DNA from: Candidatus Bathyarchaeota archaeon
GTDB lineage: Archaea; Thermoproteota; Bathyarchaeia; 40CM-2-53-6; DTDX01
DNA length: 64,000 bases
Assembly: GCA_018396775.1 (NCBI GenBank)
Contig: JAGTRF010000007.1
Span: forward strand, 22,179-86,178
Direction of reading: 5' to 3'
The translations under genes were made by a program, and so were the position numbers. The notes under the pieces were generated by a model, which saw only the letters and a list, made by a program, of their open reading frames with translations, did not search any database and was not told the DNA's origin. Shown here piece after piece: positions 1 to 10,100 of the stretch (within the stretch, counting starts at the first letter, position 1; each line of letters opens with the position of its first letter).

Positions 1-623
1 TTAAATCCTAAAAGCTCTGTTATTCTTAATCTATTTATTGGGAATCTTGTTCCGGCAATAGCGCACGATCCTAAAGGATTTAAATTCACTCTTTTATAGC
101 ATTCGCTTAACCTTTCAAAATCTCTAAAAAACGCTTCAGTATAAGCCATTAAATAATGCGAGAAAAGACCTAACTGTGCTTGTTGCATATGCGTATAAAG
201 AATTATAGGTGCGTCAAGCTCTTTAAAAGCTAAATTTATTAAAGCCTCGATAAGCCTTAATAAACTGCTTGAAACATCATTTATTAAAAAACGAATCTTC
301 ATTCTAATATCTAAAGCTACTTGATCATTTCTTGACCTAGCTGTATGAAGTTTTCCCCCCACTTCAACCCCAATCTTCTCTATAACCTTGCTTTCTAAAA
401 ACTCATGAACATCTTCATAACCTTCTTGAATCTTAATTCTTCCCTCCTCAAAATCTTTTTTAAATTCCTCTAAAGCCTTAAGAATCTTCTTTAAATCAGT
501 TAAACTTATTATTCCCTGTTCATAAAGCATTATATTATGAGCTTCAGTCCCAATTATATCTTCAATTAATATTTCTTCATCTTCCTTAAGAGATGAAATA
601 AATTGAGCAGCTTCTTTACTCAT
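1..623 (-). CDS. argH: argininosuccinate lyase, N-terminal ~207 codons (3' end runs off the window)
   Basis: Not in the ORF track because there is no stop in the window. Minus-strand ATG at 623..621. My translation is MSKEAAQFISSLKEDEEILIEDIIGTEAHNIML...HTARSRNDQVALDIRM...LYTHMQQAQ...ITELLGF. It shows the SRNDQV fumarate-lyase/ASL signature and the DI.G..AH..ML N-terminal block. Confidence 0.8.
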   Translation of the reverse strand, partial: MSKEAAQFISSLKEDEEILIEDIIGTEAHNIMLYEQGIISLTDLKKILKALEEFKKDFEEGRIKIQEGYEDVHEFLESKVIEKIGVEVGGKLHTARSRNDQVALDIRMKIRFLINDVSSSLLRLIEALINLAFKELDAPIILYTHMQQAQLGLFSHYLMAYTEAFFRDFERLSECYKRVNLNPLGSCAIAGTRFPINRLRITELLGF

Positions 624-690
624 GGGTTTACTTAATCTCGCTCTATATATTCCCTTCTTCAAAATCTTCCCCTTTTTTTAATTTTATGCT

Positions 691-1533
691 TTACAAGCTT
701 CCAGCAATAAAAGCTATTAAACCTATAAGCATAAATAAAAGAATTTTATTTTTTATTAATTTAGCTTTCTCTATTGAGGGGTTTTTTATTAATTTAAAAG
801 ATAAATAAGCAAAGCCTAAATTTGAAAAAGCAACTATTGGAACATATATTATTGAAACAAGCTTTAAAGCAGCTGGAATAATGCTTAAAGCAATTGCAGC
901 TGAAAAAAAAGATGCTGCTATAATAGAAGCTTTAAAGCTCCCTATAGTTGCAGCTAAAGTTTTTACGCCTTTAATTTTATCGCCTTTAACATCAACTATC
1001 CCCTTAACGATTTCTCTTCCTGTATTCGCTAAAAAAGCCATTAAAGCGAAAATCCAAAGCGTTAAATTCATTTTATTCATCGCGTAACCGCCATAAATAA
1101 ATGGTAAAGCTACGCAACTGCTTACAATAAAATTTCCTAATAAACCTGTTTTTTTACCTTTAACATTATAGTAAACCATTAAAAATAAAGAGGTTAACGC
1201 TATAATAAAGGTGATTAAATTAAGCATAATTGAAGTTAAAATTCCGATTAAAACACAGGTAAACGCGCATGCTAAAGCCTCTTTAGGTTTAACAACTCCT
1301 GAAGGAATAGGTCTATTAGGTTCATTTATTAAATCTATTTCTAAATCATAATAATCGTTAAAAGCCATCGTTCCAGCAGTTAATGAAAAAGCTGTTAAAA
1401 AACCTAAGAAAGACGGCTTTAAAGTTAATAAACCTTTTGAAGCTATCGCCTCTCCAATAATTACAGCTAAACCCATCATAAAACAGTTAATTGGTCTAAT
1501 TAACTTTATTAACCCAACTATTTTTCTAATCAA
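691..1533 (-). CDS. UbiA-family prenyltransferase, likely digeranylgeranylglyceryl phosphate (DGGGP) synthase
   Basis: 280 aa polytopic membrane protein. It has the Asp-rich motif NDYYDLEIDLINEPNRPIPSG typical of UbiA/DGGGPS. Its size and divergent pairing with a geranylgeranyl reductase fit archaeal ether-lipid synthesis. Confidence 0.8.
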   Translation of the reverse strand: MIRKIVGLIKLIRPINCFMMGLAVIIGEAIASKGLLTLKPSFLGFLTAFSLTAGTMAFNDYYDLEIDLINEPNRPIPSGVVKPKEALACAFTCVLIGILTSIMLNLITFIIALTSLFLMVYYNVKGKKTGLLGNFIVSSCVALPFIYGGYAMNKMNLTLWIFALMAFLANTGREIVKGIVDVKGDKIKGVKTLAATIGSFKASIIAASFFSAAIALSIIPAALKLVSIIYVPIVAFSNLGFAYLSFKLIKNPSIEKAKLIKNKILLFMLIGLIAFIAGSL

Positions 1534-1652
1534 TTTTTTATGCCCCTCTTTTAAATCCAGTAAAATTTTTAAAGCTTATATACTTTTAGAAATAGCCAAT
1601 TAAAAAATGAAGTTGTTAATAAATTAGTGAAAGATTGTAGAAAGGTGAAAAA

Positions 1653-2828
1653 ATGAAAGTTTACGATGCTATAGTTGTAGGAGCTGGGCCAGCTGGGCTT
1701 TTAGCAGCTAGAAAGCTTGCTGAAAACAATGTTGAAGTTTTACTGCTTGAAAAAGATTTAGAGCTTGGAAAAAAACCTTGCGCTGAAGCTATTTCAGAAA
1801 GAGGGTTGCTTGACGCTGAAATACCAATTGAATCAAACTTTATTATTAATAAAATTTTTAAAGCTAAAGTTTACCCTCCTAATGAAGAAAAATTTATTGA
1901 AATTTCAAAAAGCGGAGAACACTCTTGGGAAGGCTACATTATTGATAAACCGAAATTTTTAAAAAAGCTTTTAGATGCAGCCACCTCTAAAGGTGTTGAA
2001 GCAAGATTTAGAAATAAAGTTGTAGATGTTAAACGAGAAAATAATCTCATGAAAGTTTTTGTTAAAGAAAATGAGGAAATAGAAAATTTAATGGCTAAAA
2101 TTGTTTTAGGATGCGATGGTTACGCATCATTAATAACTAAAAAATTTTTTAATTCAACAAAAATTGAGTATATCTCATGTTTTCAATACACTTTGTCAAG
2201 ATGCGATATTGAAGATGAGCATGCTTTAAGCTTTTATTTAGGTTATTCCACAGCGCCTCTAGGCTACTTATGGATTTTCCCTAAAGGCAATGGCGTAGCT
2301 AATGTTGGCGTTGGCGTAAGAAAAGGTTCACCAAAATTTTACTTAGATAACTTTATTCAAAAGCATCAAAGTATTTTTCAAAAATCTGAAATTTTAAGTT
2401 TCGGCGGTGCACCTGTAATTGTTAGCGGGCAACTACCAAAAGTAACAAACGATAATTTAATGATTTGCGGGGAAGCTGCTGGTCAAGTAATTCCATTTAC
2501 TGGAGCGGGAATTCATACAGGTATTGTAGCTGGAAAAATTGCTGGTGTTATAGCAGCTGAAGCTATTAAAAACAATGATTTAAGCGATAAAGCTTTAATG
2601 GTTTATAAAAAAATGTTTGATGAAGTTTTTGGAAGAAATATTGAAAAAAGCTTAAAAGCTATGAGGGTTTTTGAAAAGCTTTCAGATGAAGATTTAAATC
2701 AGCTAGCTGAAATTTTATCTGGGGAAGATGTAATAGATTTAGCGAATGGATTAAATATTGAGAAAGTTGCTAAGAAACTTTTCTCTCACCCAATTTTAGC
2801 TGTAAAAATAGCTAAAGCCTTACTTTAA
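1653..2828 (+). CDS. geranylgeranyl reductase family flavoprotein (digeranylgeranylglycerophospholipid reductase)
   Basis: 391 aa. FAD Rossmann N-terminus YDAIVVGAGPAGLLAARKLAE, with GCDG and CGEAAG blocks. GGTGA lies just upstream of the ATG. Confidence 0.85.
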   Translation: MKVYDAIVVGAGPAGLLAARKLAENNVEVLLLEKDLELGKKPCAEAISERGLLDAEIPIESNFIINKIFKAKVYPPNEEKFIEISKSGEHSWEGYIIDKPKFLKKLLDAATSKGVEARFRNKVVDVKRENNLMKVFVKENEEIENLMAKIVLGCDGYASLITKKFFNSTKIEYISCFQYTLSRCDIEDEHALSFYLGYSTAPLGYLWIFPKGNGVANVGVGVRKGSPKFYLDNFIQKHQSIFQKSEILSFGGAPVIVSGQLPKVTNDNLMICGEAAGQVIPFTGAGIHTGIVAGKIAGVIAAEAIKNNDLSDKALMVYKKMFDEVFGRNIEKSLKAMRVFEKLSDEDLNQLAEILSGEDVIDLANGLNIEKVAKKLFSHPILAVKIAKALL

Positions 2829-2859
2829 CATAATTAATGCAGGAGAAATAGCTTATAAA

Positions 2860-4644
2860 ATGAGTGTTAATAGCAACCATTTTAAGTTAAAGGAGGTTGC
2901 ACCTTACTATAATGTTTTAAAGAAGATTGCTTTTCCATCATTGCGTAAAATTTTATTTTGGAATATTTCTTTTACTATTTTAGCTTCAATTTTTATTTTT
3001 CGAAATTTGACTCAAAGCTTTATTTTAGCTTTAAGCTTTATAGCTTCATCTTTAATCTCAGACTTTTCCTCTAGCTTTATACTTTTAAAAAATGATTCTT
3101 TAATGGATTTAAGGCGAAATATGGCTTCCTCCTTCTTTACTAACGCTGTTTGGTTAACTTTTTTATTGTTAAGCTTTATTTTTAAAGCAAGCTTGCAAAC
3201 AATGTTTTATTTAGGTTTCCCAATAGCTTTAACTCTTAGGCTTCTCGCACTCTCATCTTTATCTTCATCAAAACCTTTTAATATAGTTGCAGCTGCTCTT
3301 CTTGAACCAGTTTTATGCTTTATTTTCGTTTTTCAAATTTTAAATTTAAGCTTTCTAAAATCTGCTTTAACATTTTTAATCGTTATACCTTTAACTTTTA
3401 GCTATGTGTTTTTAACTTTAAAAAATGTTGAAGAAAAAGGGTTAAAGAATGTCGGTTTTTCAACGCTTGAGTTTTTCAGAAGTTTTTTAAAAAGCTGGTT
3501 TAATAATGAAAACTCTTCTCTTGAAGAATATTTAGATAAAATCGGTGTTTATAAAGATATTAAAGTGGCAACGATATCTTTTAGACGAAAAACTGATAAA
3601 AAACTTAAGGGTGTAATGGTTGTTTCAAACTTTCATCCAGGGCCAATTTTAGAGGTTGGCAGCAGTAATTTACCTTATTTAATTCAAAAAGAGCTTGAAT
3701 CAAAATTTAATATAGTTGCAGCTGTTCCTCATGGAGTTTCAGGTCATGAAACAAATTTAGTTTCATTTAAAGAAAATAAAAAAATTATTGAAAGCGTAAT
3801 TAAACTTTTAAGTGAAAGCGTTTATTTTGATAAAGCAAGCCAGTTTTTAAGAGTTGAATATGGAAAAGCTAAAGCTAGCTGCCAAGTATTTGGTGATTCT
3901 TCTCTAGAAACTTTAACGCTTTCTCCAGAGAATATGGAGGATATTCCCTTAATGTTAAATTATGAATTAACTGAGTTTGGAAAAAATTATTTTAAAGATA
4001 TAGCTATTATTGATGCGCATAATTCTATAAACGCTATAATTGAATTAAGCGATTTTGATATAAAACTTCTATTTAATACAGGTGTGGCAGCTATCGAAAA
4101 AGCCTCTAAAGAACCAGAATTCCCATTTAAATTTGGTAAAGCTAAAGTTGAATTCAATTATACTCCAAAGCAAGGTTTAGGTTACGGCGGCGCAACAATA
4201 TTTTTAATTCAAGTAAAAAATCAATTATGTAGCTATATAACTATTGATGGAAATAATATGAAATCTGGTTTAAGAGAGAAGATTTTAAATAAAATAAAAG
4301 AGTTAAATGTTGAAGATGGAGAAATAATGACTACTGACACTCATGTGGTTAACGGTTTAATTTCAGCTAAGCTAGGTTACTATCCTATTGGAGAAGGCTT
4401 TAATGAAGAGGAATTTATAGAAAAAATTTTGAAAGGAGTTAATGAAGCTTTAAAAGATCTTGAAGAATGTGAAGCTGCGTTTAACTCTAATTTTGTTAAA
4501 GTTAAAGTTTTTGGAAGAAACTCTATGGAGAATCTAGTTAACTCAATTTATAGCTTCGCTAAAAGAATCTCAATCTCCTTTATTGCAACAATGTTTTTAA
4601 TTGAAGCAGCTTTAATATTCGCTTTAAAAACTTTTTCCTTTTAA
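2860..4644 (+). CDS. large archaeal membrane protein, DUF2070-like (function unknown)
   Basis: 594 aa. The N-terminal ~190 aa has several hydrophobic helices, followed by a long soluble region and a C-terminal TM. Size and architecture resemble the archaeal DUF2070 family. The family call is from memory only. Confidence 0.5.
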   Translation: MSVNSNHFKLKEVAPYYNVLKKIAFPSLRKILFWNISFTILASIFIFRNLTQSFILALSFIASSLISDFSSSFILLKNDSLMDLRRNMASSFFTNAVWLTFLLLSFIFKASLQTMFYLGFPIALTLRLLALSSLSSSKPFNIVAAALLEPVLCFIFVFQILNLSFLKSALTFLIVIPLTFSYVFLTLKNVEEKGLKNVGFSTLEFFRSFLKSWFNNENSSLEEYLDKIGVYKDIKVATISFRRKTDKKLKGVMVVSNFHPGPILEVGSSNLPYLIQKELESKFNIVAAVPHGVSGHETNLVSFKENKKIIESVIKLLSESVYFDKASQFLRVEYGKAKASCQVFGDSSLETLTLSPENMEDIPLMLNYELTEFGKNYFKDIAIIDAHNSINAIIELSDFDIKLLFNTGVAAIEKASKEPEFPFKFGKAKVEFNYTPKQGLGYGGATIFLIQVKNQLCSYITIDGNNMKSGLREKILNKIKELNVEDGEIMTTDTHVVNGLISAKLGYYPIGEGFNEEEFIEKILKGVNEALKDLEECEAAFNSNFVKVKVFGRNSMENLVNSIYSFAKRISISFIATMFLIEAALIFALKTFSF

Positions 4645-4659
4645 ATTGAGCGTGAAAAA

Positions 4660-6402
4660 TTGGAGAAAACTGAATTTAAAGAGTTAATTGAAAAATTCGC
4701 TTTATTAAACGCTGTAAAACATAATGGAAAAGCTGAATTTAAATCTGTTTTAGGAAAAGTTTTAAGCGAAAAACCTGAGTTTAAACCATTTATTAAAGAG
4801 TTAACTAGTTTAATAGCGTCTATAATTAATGAAGTTAACAAGCTTTCCTTAGATGCTCAAATTAAAATTGTCGAGGAGAAATGGCCAAATCTTCTTTTAA
4901 AAGAGAAAATTAAAGAAGAAAAAGCGCTTCCACCATTATCTAACGCTGAAAAATACTCTATTATTGTTACAAGGTTTTCACCTAACCCAGATTGCGTTCT
5001 TCACTTAGGCTCTTTAAGAGCTATAATTCTCTCTCATGATTACGCTAGAATGTATAAAGGGAAATTTATTTTAAGATTTGAAGATACAGATCCAAGGCTT
5101 AAAAGATCATCTTTAAGATTTTATGAAGATATAAAAGAGGATTTACTTTGGTTAAATTGTAAATGGGATGAGGAATATATTCAAAGCGATAGGCTTCCAA
5201 TATATTATGAGTATGCTGAAAAACTTATTAAGCTTGGAGGAGGCTATGTATGCACTTGCACTAAAGAAGAGTTTTTAAAAAAAGTTTCTTTAAGCGAAGC
5301 TTGTGCTTGCAGAAGCTTACCTATAGAAGATCAGTTAGATAGATGGAGTAAAATGCTTAATGGAACATTTAAAGAAGGAGAAGCTATTGTTAGGGTTAAA
5401 ACTGATTTAACACATCCGAACCCAGCTGTAAGAGATTGGCCTGCTCTTAGAATAATCGATCCTGATAAACATCCGCATCCTAGAATCGGCGAAAAATACA
5501 GGGTTTGGCCTCTATACAATTTTGCTTGCGGTTTAGATGACCATTTAATGAATATAACTCATGTAATAAGAGGTAAAGAACATTACACTAATATGATTAG
5601 ACAAAAATATTTATACGCGTATTTTGGTTGGAATTACCCTGAAGCCACTCATTATGGAAGATTAAAAATAGTTGGCGCTGAATTAAGCAAATCGAAAATT
5701 ATTGAAAAAGTTTTAAAAGGGTTAGTTAAAGGGTTTGATGACCCAAGGTTAGCCACCTTGAAAGCTTTAAAAAGAAGAGGAATTACGCCTGAATGCTTAA
5801 GAAAGCTTGTTTTAGATATAGGTCCAAAACCTGTTGATGTAACCTTAAGCTGGGAAAATATTTATGCTATAAATAGAAAAATTATAGATCCAATTTGTAA
5901 CAGATATTTTTGCGTGTTAAACCCTGCTTTAATGATTGTTAAAGGCGTAAAAGAAAAGTTATTTGCTAAAATTCCATTTCACCCAAGCTACCTTGAAAGA
6001 GGAGAAAGAATAATTGAAATTGAACCAGTGAATAATTCTATTGAATTACTTATTTCTAGAGATGATTTACCTCTTTTAAAAGAAAACAAGTTTATTAGGT
6101 TAATGGAGCTTTTTAACGTTGAAATTGAGAATATTAATGAAAGCAAAGTTTACTGTAAGCTTCATAGCAAAAGCTATGAAGAAGCTAAAAAGCTTAAAGC
6201 ACCCTTAATTCATTGGGTTTTACGATTAAAAAACTTGGACGTTGAAATCGTAATGGATAATGGGGAAAAGCGTAATGGAAAAGTTGAAACCGCTCTTCTT
6301 CAAGAGAATGTTGGAAGCATTATTCAATTAGTTAGAGTTGGCTTCGCTAAAATAGATGAAAAACTAGAAAATAAGATAATTTTATATTATACCCATAAAT
6401 GA
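4660..6402 (+). CDS. gltX: glutamyl-tRNA synthetase (archaeal/eukaryal type)
   Basis: 580 aa. Class I HIGH-like HLGSLR and KMSKS-like ELSKSK motifs, with the archaeal GluRS N-terminal block ALLNAVKHNGKA. TTG start at 4660; the in-frame stop is at 4642-4644. Confidence 0.9.
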   Translation: MEKTEFKELIEKFALLNAVKHNGKAEFKSVLGKVLSEKPEFKPFIKELTSLIASIINEVNKLSLDAQIKIVEEKWPNLLLKEKIKEEKALPPLSNAEKYSIIVTRFSPNPDCVLHLGSLRAIILSHDYARMYKGKFILRFEDTDPRLKRSSLRFYEDIKEDLLWLNCKWDEEYIQSDRLPIYYEYAEKLIKLGGGYVCTCTKEEFLKKVSLSEACACRSLPIEDQLDRWSKMLNGTFKEGEAIVRVKTDLTHPNPAVRDWPALRIIDPDKHPHPRIGEKYRVWPLYNFACGLDDHLMNITHVIRGKEHYTNMIRQKYLYAYFGWNYPEATHYGRLKIVGAELSKSKIIEKVLKGLVKGFDDPRLATLKALKRRGITPECLRKLVLDIGPKPVDVTLSWENIYAINRKIIDPICNRYFCVLNPALMIVKGVKEKLFAKIPFHPSYLERGERIIEIEPVNNSIELLISRDDLPLLKENKFIRLMELFNVEIENINESKVYCKLHSKSYEEAKKLKAPLIHWVLRLKNLDVEIVMDNGEKRNGKVETALLQENVGSIIQLVRVGFAKIDEKLENKIILYYTHK

Positions 6403-6460
6403 TTAAAAAGGGTTTACGAAAAATTCATAAAGGAAGTTGCACAAAATGGTGTTGAAAAGG

Positions 6461-6475
6461 CTGATGAGGGTGAAG
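6461..6475 (+). promoter_or_regulatory. C-box-like CUGAUGA plus SD (GGGUGAAG) in the L7Ae leader; candidate K-turn/autoregulatory site
   Basis: CTGATGA at 6461-6467 sits directly 5' of GGTGA and the TTG start at 6480. AAAAGG (6455-6460) can pair with CCTTTT (6489-6494). No clean opposing GA strand was found, so the fold is unproven. Confidence 0.25.
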
Positions 6476-6479
6476 CATA

Positions 6480-6866
6480 TTGTCTAAACCTTTTTACGTA
6501 AAGTTTAATGTTCCGAAAGAGGTAGCTGACAAAGCCTATCAACTAATTCAAGTTTCTAGAGGAACAGGGAAAATTAAAAAGGGAACTAATGAAGCTACAA
6601 AATCTGTTGAAAGAGGCTTAGCAAAGCTTGTTTTAATAGCTGAAGATGTTGATCCACCGCAAATAGTAGCTCATTTACCATTATTATGCGAAGAAAGAAA
6701 AATTCCGTATCTTTATGTTCCAAAGAAAAATGAATTAGGGAAAGCTTCAGGCTTAGATGTAGATTGCGCTGCTGTAGCTATTTTAGATTCTGGGGAAGCC
6801 TCTGAAACTTTAGAAGAGCTTTCTAAACTAGCTAATGAATTAAAGGAGGGTAAAACCGCTAAATGA
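6480..6866 (+). CDS. rpl7ae: 50S ribosomal protein L7Ae
   Basis: 128 aa. [22 protein letters not shown]...[38 protein letters not shown] is the classic L7Ae/L30e K-turn binder. TTG start; ATGA overlap with the next gene. Confidence 0.9.
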   Translation: MSKPFYVKFNVPKEVADKAYQLIQVSRGTGKIKKGTNEATKSVERGLAKLVLIAEDVDPPQIVAHLPLLCEERKIPYLYVPKKNELGKASGLDVDCAAVAILDSGEASETLEELSKLANELKEGKTAK

Positions 6867-7087
6867 GCAGCTCTAAAGCTAAAACTGAAGAAGCGCCTAC
6901 ACCAGCTGAAGTTATGCAAATTATCGGTCGCACAGGAATAACTGGTGAAGTCACTCAAGTTAGAGTTAGAATTCTTGAAGGGAAAGATAAAGGAAGAATA
7001 TTAACTAGAAACGTTAAAGGTCCAGTAAGGCTTGGCGATATTTTAATGCTTAGAGAAACAGAAAGAGAAGCTAAAAAAATTGTATAA
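6863..7087 (+). CDS. rps28e: 30S ribosomal protein S28e
   Basis: 74 aa. [53 protein letters not shown] matches the S28e core. Confidence 0.9.
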   Translation: MSSSKAKTEEAPTPAEVMQIIGRTGITGEVTQVRVRILEGKDKGRILTRNVKGPVRLGDILMLRETEREAKKIV

Positions 7088-7114
7088 AATCTTAAAGAAA
7101 AGGGAAAAGCAAAT

Positions 7115-7309
7115 ATGCCTAAAAGCTTTAAATGCTCTTTTTGCGGTAAACCTTTTCCGCCTGCTAGAGGATTAATGTTTATTAAAAATGACGGTTCACT
7201 CTTTTATTTTTGCTCTAGAAAATGCAGAAGAAGCTTGCTTGATATGAAACGGGATTCTAGAAAGCTTAAATGGACAGTTTATTATGGGAAAAAGGAGCGA
7301 GGCAAGTAA
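7115..7309 (+). CDS. rpl24e: 50S ribosomal protein L24e
   Basis: 64 aa. Zinc-ribbon pattern CSFCGKPF...FCSRKC, in the conserved L7Ae-S28e-L24e context. Confidence 0.9.
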   Translation: MPKSFKCSFCGKPFPPARGLMFIKNDGSLFYFCSRKCRRSLLDMKRDSRKLKWTVYYGKKERGK

Positions 7310-7349
7310 ACTTCACACATCGTTTTAATAAGCTTAAAGGTGCTTTTTA

Positions 7350-9116
7350 ATGTCTTTAAGACAACCGATTGTAGTTGTGCTTGGGCATGTAGACCATGGG
7401 AAAACAAGCTTGCTAGATAAAATAAGAGGGACTTCAGTTGCAAGCAGAGAGCCAGGCGCAATAACTCAATGGATAGGCGCAAGCTTAGTTCCAAAAGAAA
7501 CTCTTAAAGAAATTTGCGGCCCATTATTAAAGAAATTTAATTTTCAAATATTGATTCCAGGCTTGCTTTTTATAGATACTCCAGGCCATGAAACTTTTTC
7601 TAATTTAAGAAGAAGAGGCGGGTCAGCTTCAGACATCGCTATATTAGTTGTTGATGTAACAAAAGGTTTTGAACCTCAAACCATAGAATCGATAGAGATT
7701 CTGAAAGCTAGAAAAACACCGTTTATGGTTGCAGCTAATAAAATAGATGTTATTTCAGGTTGGAGATCAAATATTAATCTTTCATTTCTAGAATCTTTAG
7801 AAAAACAATCTGAAGAAGTAAAGCTTGATCTTGAAAATAGAATTTACTCTTTAATAGGAGAACTTTCTAAATTCAATTTTAAATCGGATAGGTTTGATAG
7901 AATTAAAGATTTTAGAACGCATGTAGCTATAGTTCCAACAAGCGCTAAAACAGGTGAAGGAATTCCTGAGCTTTTAGCAGTGCTTTTAGGCTTAACTCAA
8001 GCGTTTATGAAAGAAATTCTTAAAGTAACTTCTGGAGCAGGTAAAGGAGCGGTTATTGAAGTAAAAGAAGAAGTTGGGTTAGGGGTAACTTTAAATGCAG
8101 TAATATATGATGGCGTGATTAAAATAGGCGATAAAATAGTTGTAGGCGGGAAAGAAGGAGTAATAGAAACTCATGTAAAAGCATTACTTTTACCTAAACC
8201 TCTTGATGAAATCAGGGATCCTAGAGATAAATTTATCACCATGCCTCAAGTAAATGCTGCAGCTGGAGTTAAAATATCAGCGCCCAATCTTGAATCTGCT
8301 TTAGCAGGATCGCCATTATATGTTATTCCTGAAAATGAAGATAAACAAAAATATGTTAAATTAATTGAAGAGGAAATTGGGAAACTTAGAATAAACACTG
8401 ATATTACAGGGGTTGTTTTAAAAGCTGATACTTTAGGTTCTTTAGAAGCTTTAACTGAAGCTTTAAAGCGTTTAAACATTCCTGTAAGAATGGCTGATGT
8501 AGGCGACGTTTCAAAAAGAGATGTTGTTGAAGCTTTAGCTGTTAAACAAAAAGATAAGTTTTTAGGCGTAGTTTTAGCATTTAATATTAAAGTTTTCCTT
8601 GACGCTGAGGAGGAAGCTGAAAAAAACGATGTACCAATATTTAAATCCAACATAATCTATAAGCTGATTGAAGATTATGTTGAATGGGTTAAAAAAGAGA
8701 AAGCAGCTGGAAAAGAAGCTGAGCTTTCAAAACTAATTAAACCAGGGAAACTTAAGATTCTTGAAGGCTATATATTTAGAAGAAGCAAACCAGCAATTGT
8801 TGGAGTAGAAGTGTTAGAGGGAACAATCAAGCCTAAATACCCGCTTATCAATAAAGATGGGAAAGCTATAGGGGAAATTTTAAGAATTCAAGATAAAGGG
8901 AAAGATGTTAATGAGGCTAAAACAGGAATGCAGGTAGCAATATCTATAGATAAAGGAGTTATTGGAAGAAATATTAATGAAGGAGATTTGCTTTATATAG
9001 CGATTCCAGAAGAGCATGCTCAAACTTTTTTAATTAAATTTAAGGATGAGTTAACTCCTGAAGAATTAAACTTAATAAATGAGATTTTAGAGGTAAAATC
9101 CAAAAAATTTGCTTAA
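7350..9116 (+). CDS. infB: translation initiation factor aIF5B (IF2-type GTPase)
   Basis: 588 aa. RQPIVVVLGHVDHGKTSLLDKIRGT (G1), DTPGHE (G3), NKID (G4). Length is typical of aIF5B. Confidence 0.9.
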   Translation: MSLRQPIVVVLGHVDHGKTSLLDKIRGTSVASREPGAITQWIGASLVPKETLKEICGPLLKKFNFQILIPGLLFIDTPGHETFSNLRRRGGSASDIAILVVDVTKGFEPQTIESIEILKARKTPFMVAANKIDVISGWRSNINLSFLESLEKQSEEVKLDLENRIYSLIGELSKFNFKSDRFDRIKDFRTHVAIVPTSAKTGEGIPELLAVLLGLTQAFMKEILKVTSGAGKGAVIEVKEEVGLGVTLNAVIYDGVIKIGDKIVVGGKEGVIETHVKALLLPKPLDEIRDPRDKFITMPQVNAAAGVKISAPNLESALAGSPLYVIPENEDKQKYVKLIEEEIGKLRINTDITGVVLKADTLGSLEALTEALKRLNIPVRMADVGDVSKRDVVEALAVKQKDKFLGVVLAFNIKVFLDAEEEAEKNDVPIFKSNIIYKLIEDYVEWVKKEKAAGKEAELSKLIKPGKLKILEGYIFRRSKPAIVGVEVLEGTIKPKYPLINKDGKAIGEILRIQDKGKDVNEAKTGMQVAISIDKGVIGRNINEGDLLYIAIPEEHAQTFLIKFKDELTPEELNLINEILEVKSKKFA

Positions 9117-9192
9117 ACCCGATAAATTTAAGAATAAGAGTTAACATCCAAAAACTATCTTAAATCATAAAACTAGAAAAGGAAAAGGAGAA

Positions 9193-9546
9193 ATGGTGAA
9201 GTTTAAAATCAATATTTCAGATCCGAAAACAGGTAAAACAAGCTCTATAGAGCTTGAAGGGCTTAAAGCTCAACCTTTAATAGGCCATGAAATAGGCGAT
9301 GTAATCGACGGTTCCACCGTTAATTTAACAGGTAAAAAATTAAAGATTACTGGAGGAAGTGATAAAAACGGTTTCCCCATGAAAAACACTGTTCATGGAG
9401 GCGGAAAAAAACAAATAATTATCTCTGATGGAGCAGGATTTAACCCAAAAAAACCAGGCGAAAGAAGAAGAAAAATTGTTAGAGGCCGCATGATTACTGA
9501 AGAAACTTATCAAATAAACATGAAGATAATTGAAGAAGAAAATTAA
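9193..9546 (+). CDS. rps6e: 30S ribosomal protein S6e
   Basis: 117 aa. FKINISDPKTGKT...GGSDKNGFPM...RRRKIVRG pattern of S6e. AGGAGA SD present. Confidence 0.85.
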   Translation: MVKFKINISDPKTGKTSSIELEGLKAQPLIGHEIGDVIDGSTVNLTGKKLKITGGSDKNGFPMKNTVHGGGKKQIIISDGAGFNPKKPGERRRKIVRGRMITEETYQINMKIIEEEN

Positions 9547-9564
9547 TGTTGGTAGGAGACGCTT

Positions 9565-9918
9565 ATGAATTTTAAAATCATAAATGAAGTTTACAACCCT
9601 TTAATGAAACGAAAAGAAATTAAAGCTGAAGTTATTCATCAAACAGCTGGAACCCCGGATAGATTCTCTATAAGAAAGGAACTGGCTTCAAAATTTAATG
9701 AAGAATTAGAAAAAGTCTATATTGTTAAAATGGTTACTAAAACTGGAACAAATAAAACTATATGTGATATAGAAGTTTATAATGAGAAAGAAGCTGCTAA
9801 ATTAACGGTTCCAGAGCATATTTTAATTAGAAACCTTCCTCCAGAAGAAAGAAAAAAAGCTTTAGAGGAAAAAGAAAAAAAGAAGAAAGCTAAAGTTGAG
9901 GAGTCTAAAAAGAAATGA
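9565..9918 (+). CDS. rps24e: 30S ribosomal protein S24e
   Basis: 117 aa. NPLMKRKEIKAEVIH...TPDRFSIRKELASKF matches the S24e N-terminal block. It has a Lys-rich tail and an ATGA overlap with S27ae. Confidence 0.85.
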   Translation: MNFKIINEVYNPLMKRKEIKAEVIHQTAGTPDRFSIRKELASKFNEELEKVYIVKMVTKTGTNKTICDIEVYNEKEAAKLTVPEHILIRNLPPEERKKALEEKEKKKKAKVEESKKK

Positions 9919-10100
9919 GCGAGAAAAAACAAGTTATCAGCCTGCTTTATGAATATGATTATAAAGAAGGAAAAATAAAACTTAAAAACAGGAAATGCCC
10001 TAGATGCGGAAACATAATGGCTTTACATAAAAACCCTATTAAAAGATGGACATGCGGCTCCTGCAATTACACAGAGTATGTAAAAGAGAAGGAAACGTAA
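9915..10100 (+). CDS. rps27ae: 30S ribosomal protein S27ae
   Basis: 61 aa. C4 zinc ribbon CPRCG...CGSCNYTEY. Conserved S24e-S27ae pairing. Confidence 0.85.
   Translation: MSEKKQVISLLYEYDYKEGKIKLKNRKCPRCGNIMALHKNPIKRWTCGSCNYTEYVKEKET

Noticed and set aside
8246-8653. 135-aa antisense ORF inside aIF5B; similarly 42015-42440 (141 aa) inside the ThrC-like gene and 63139-63450 (103 aa) inside NfeD
   Set aside because: Each lies opposite a strongly supported gene, lacks motifs and an SD, and has shadow-frame composition.
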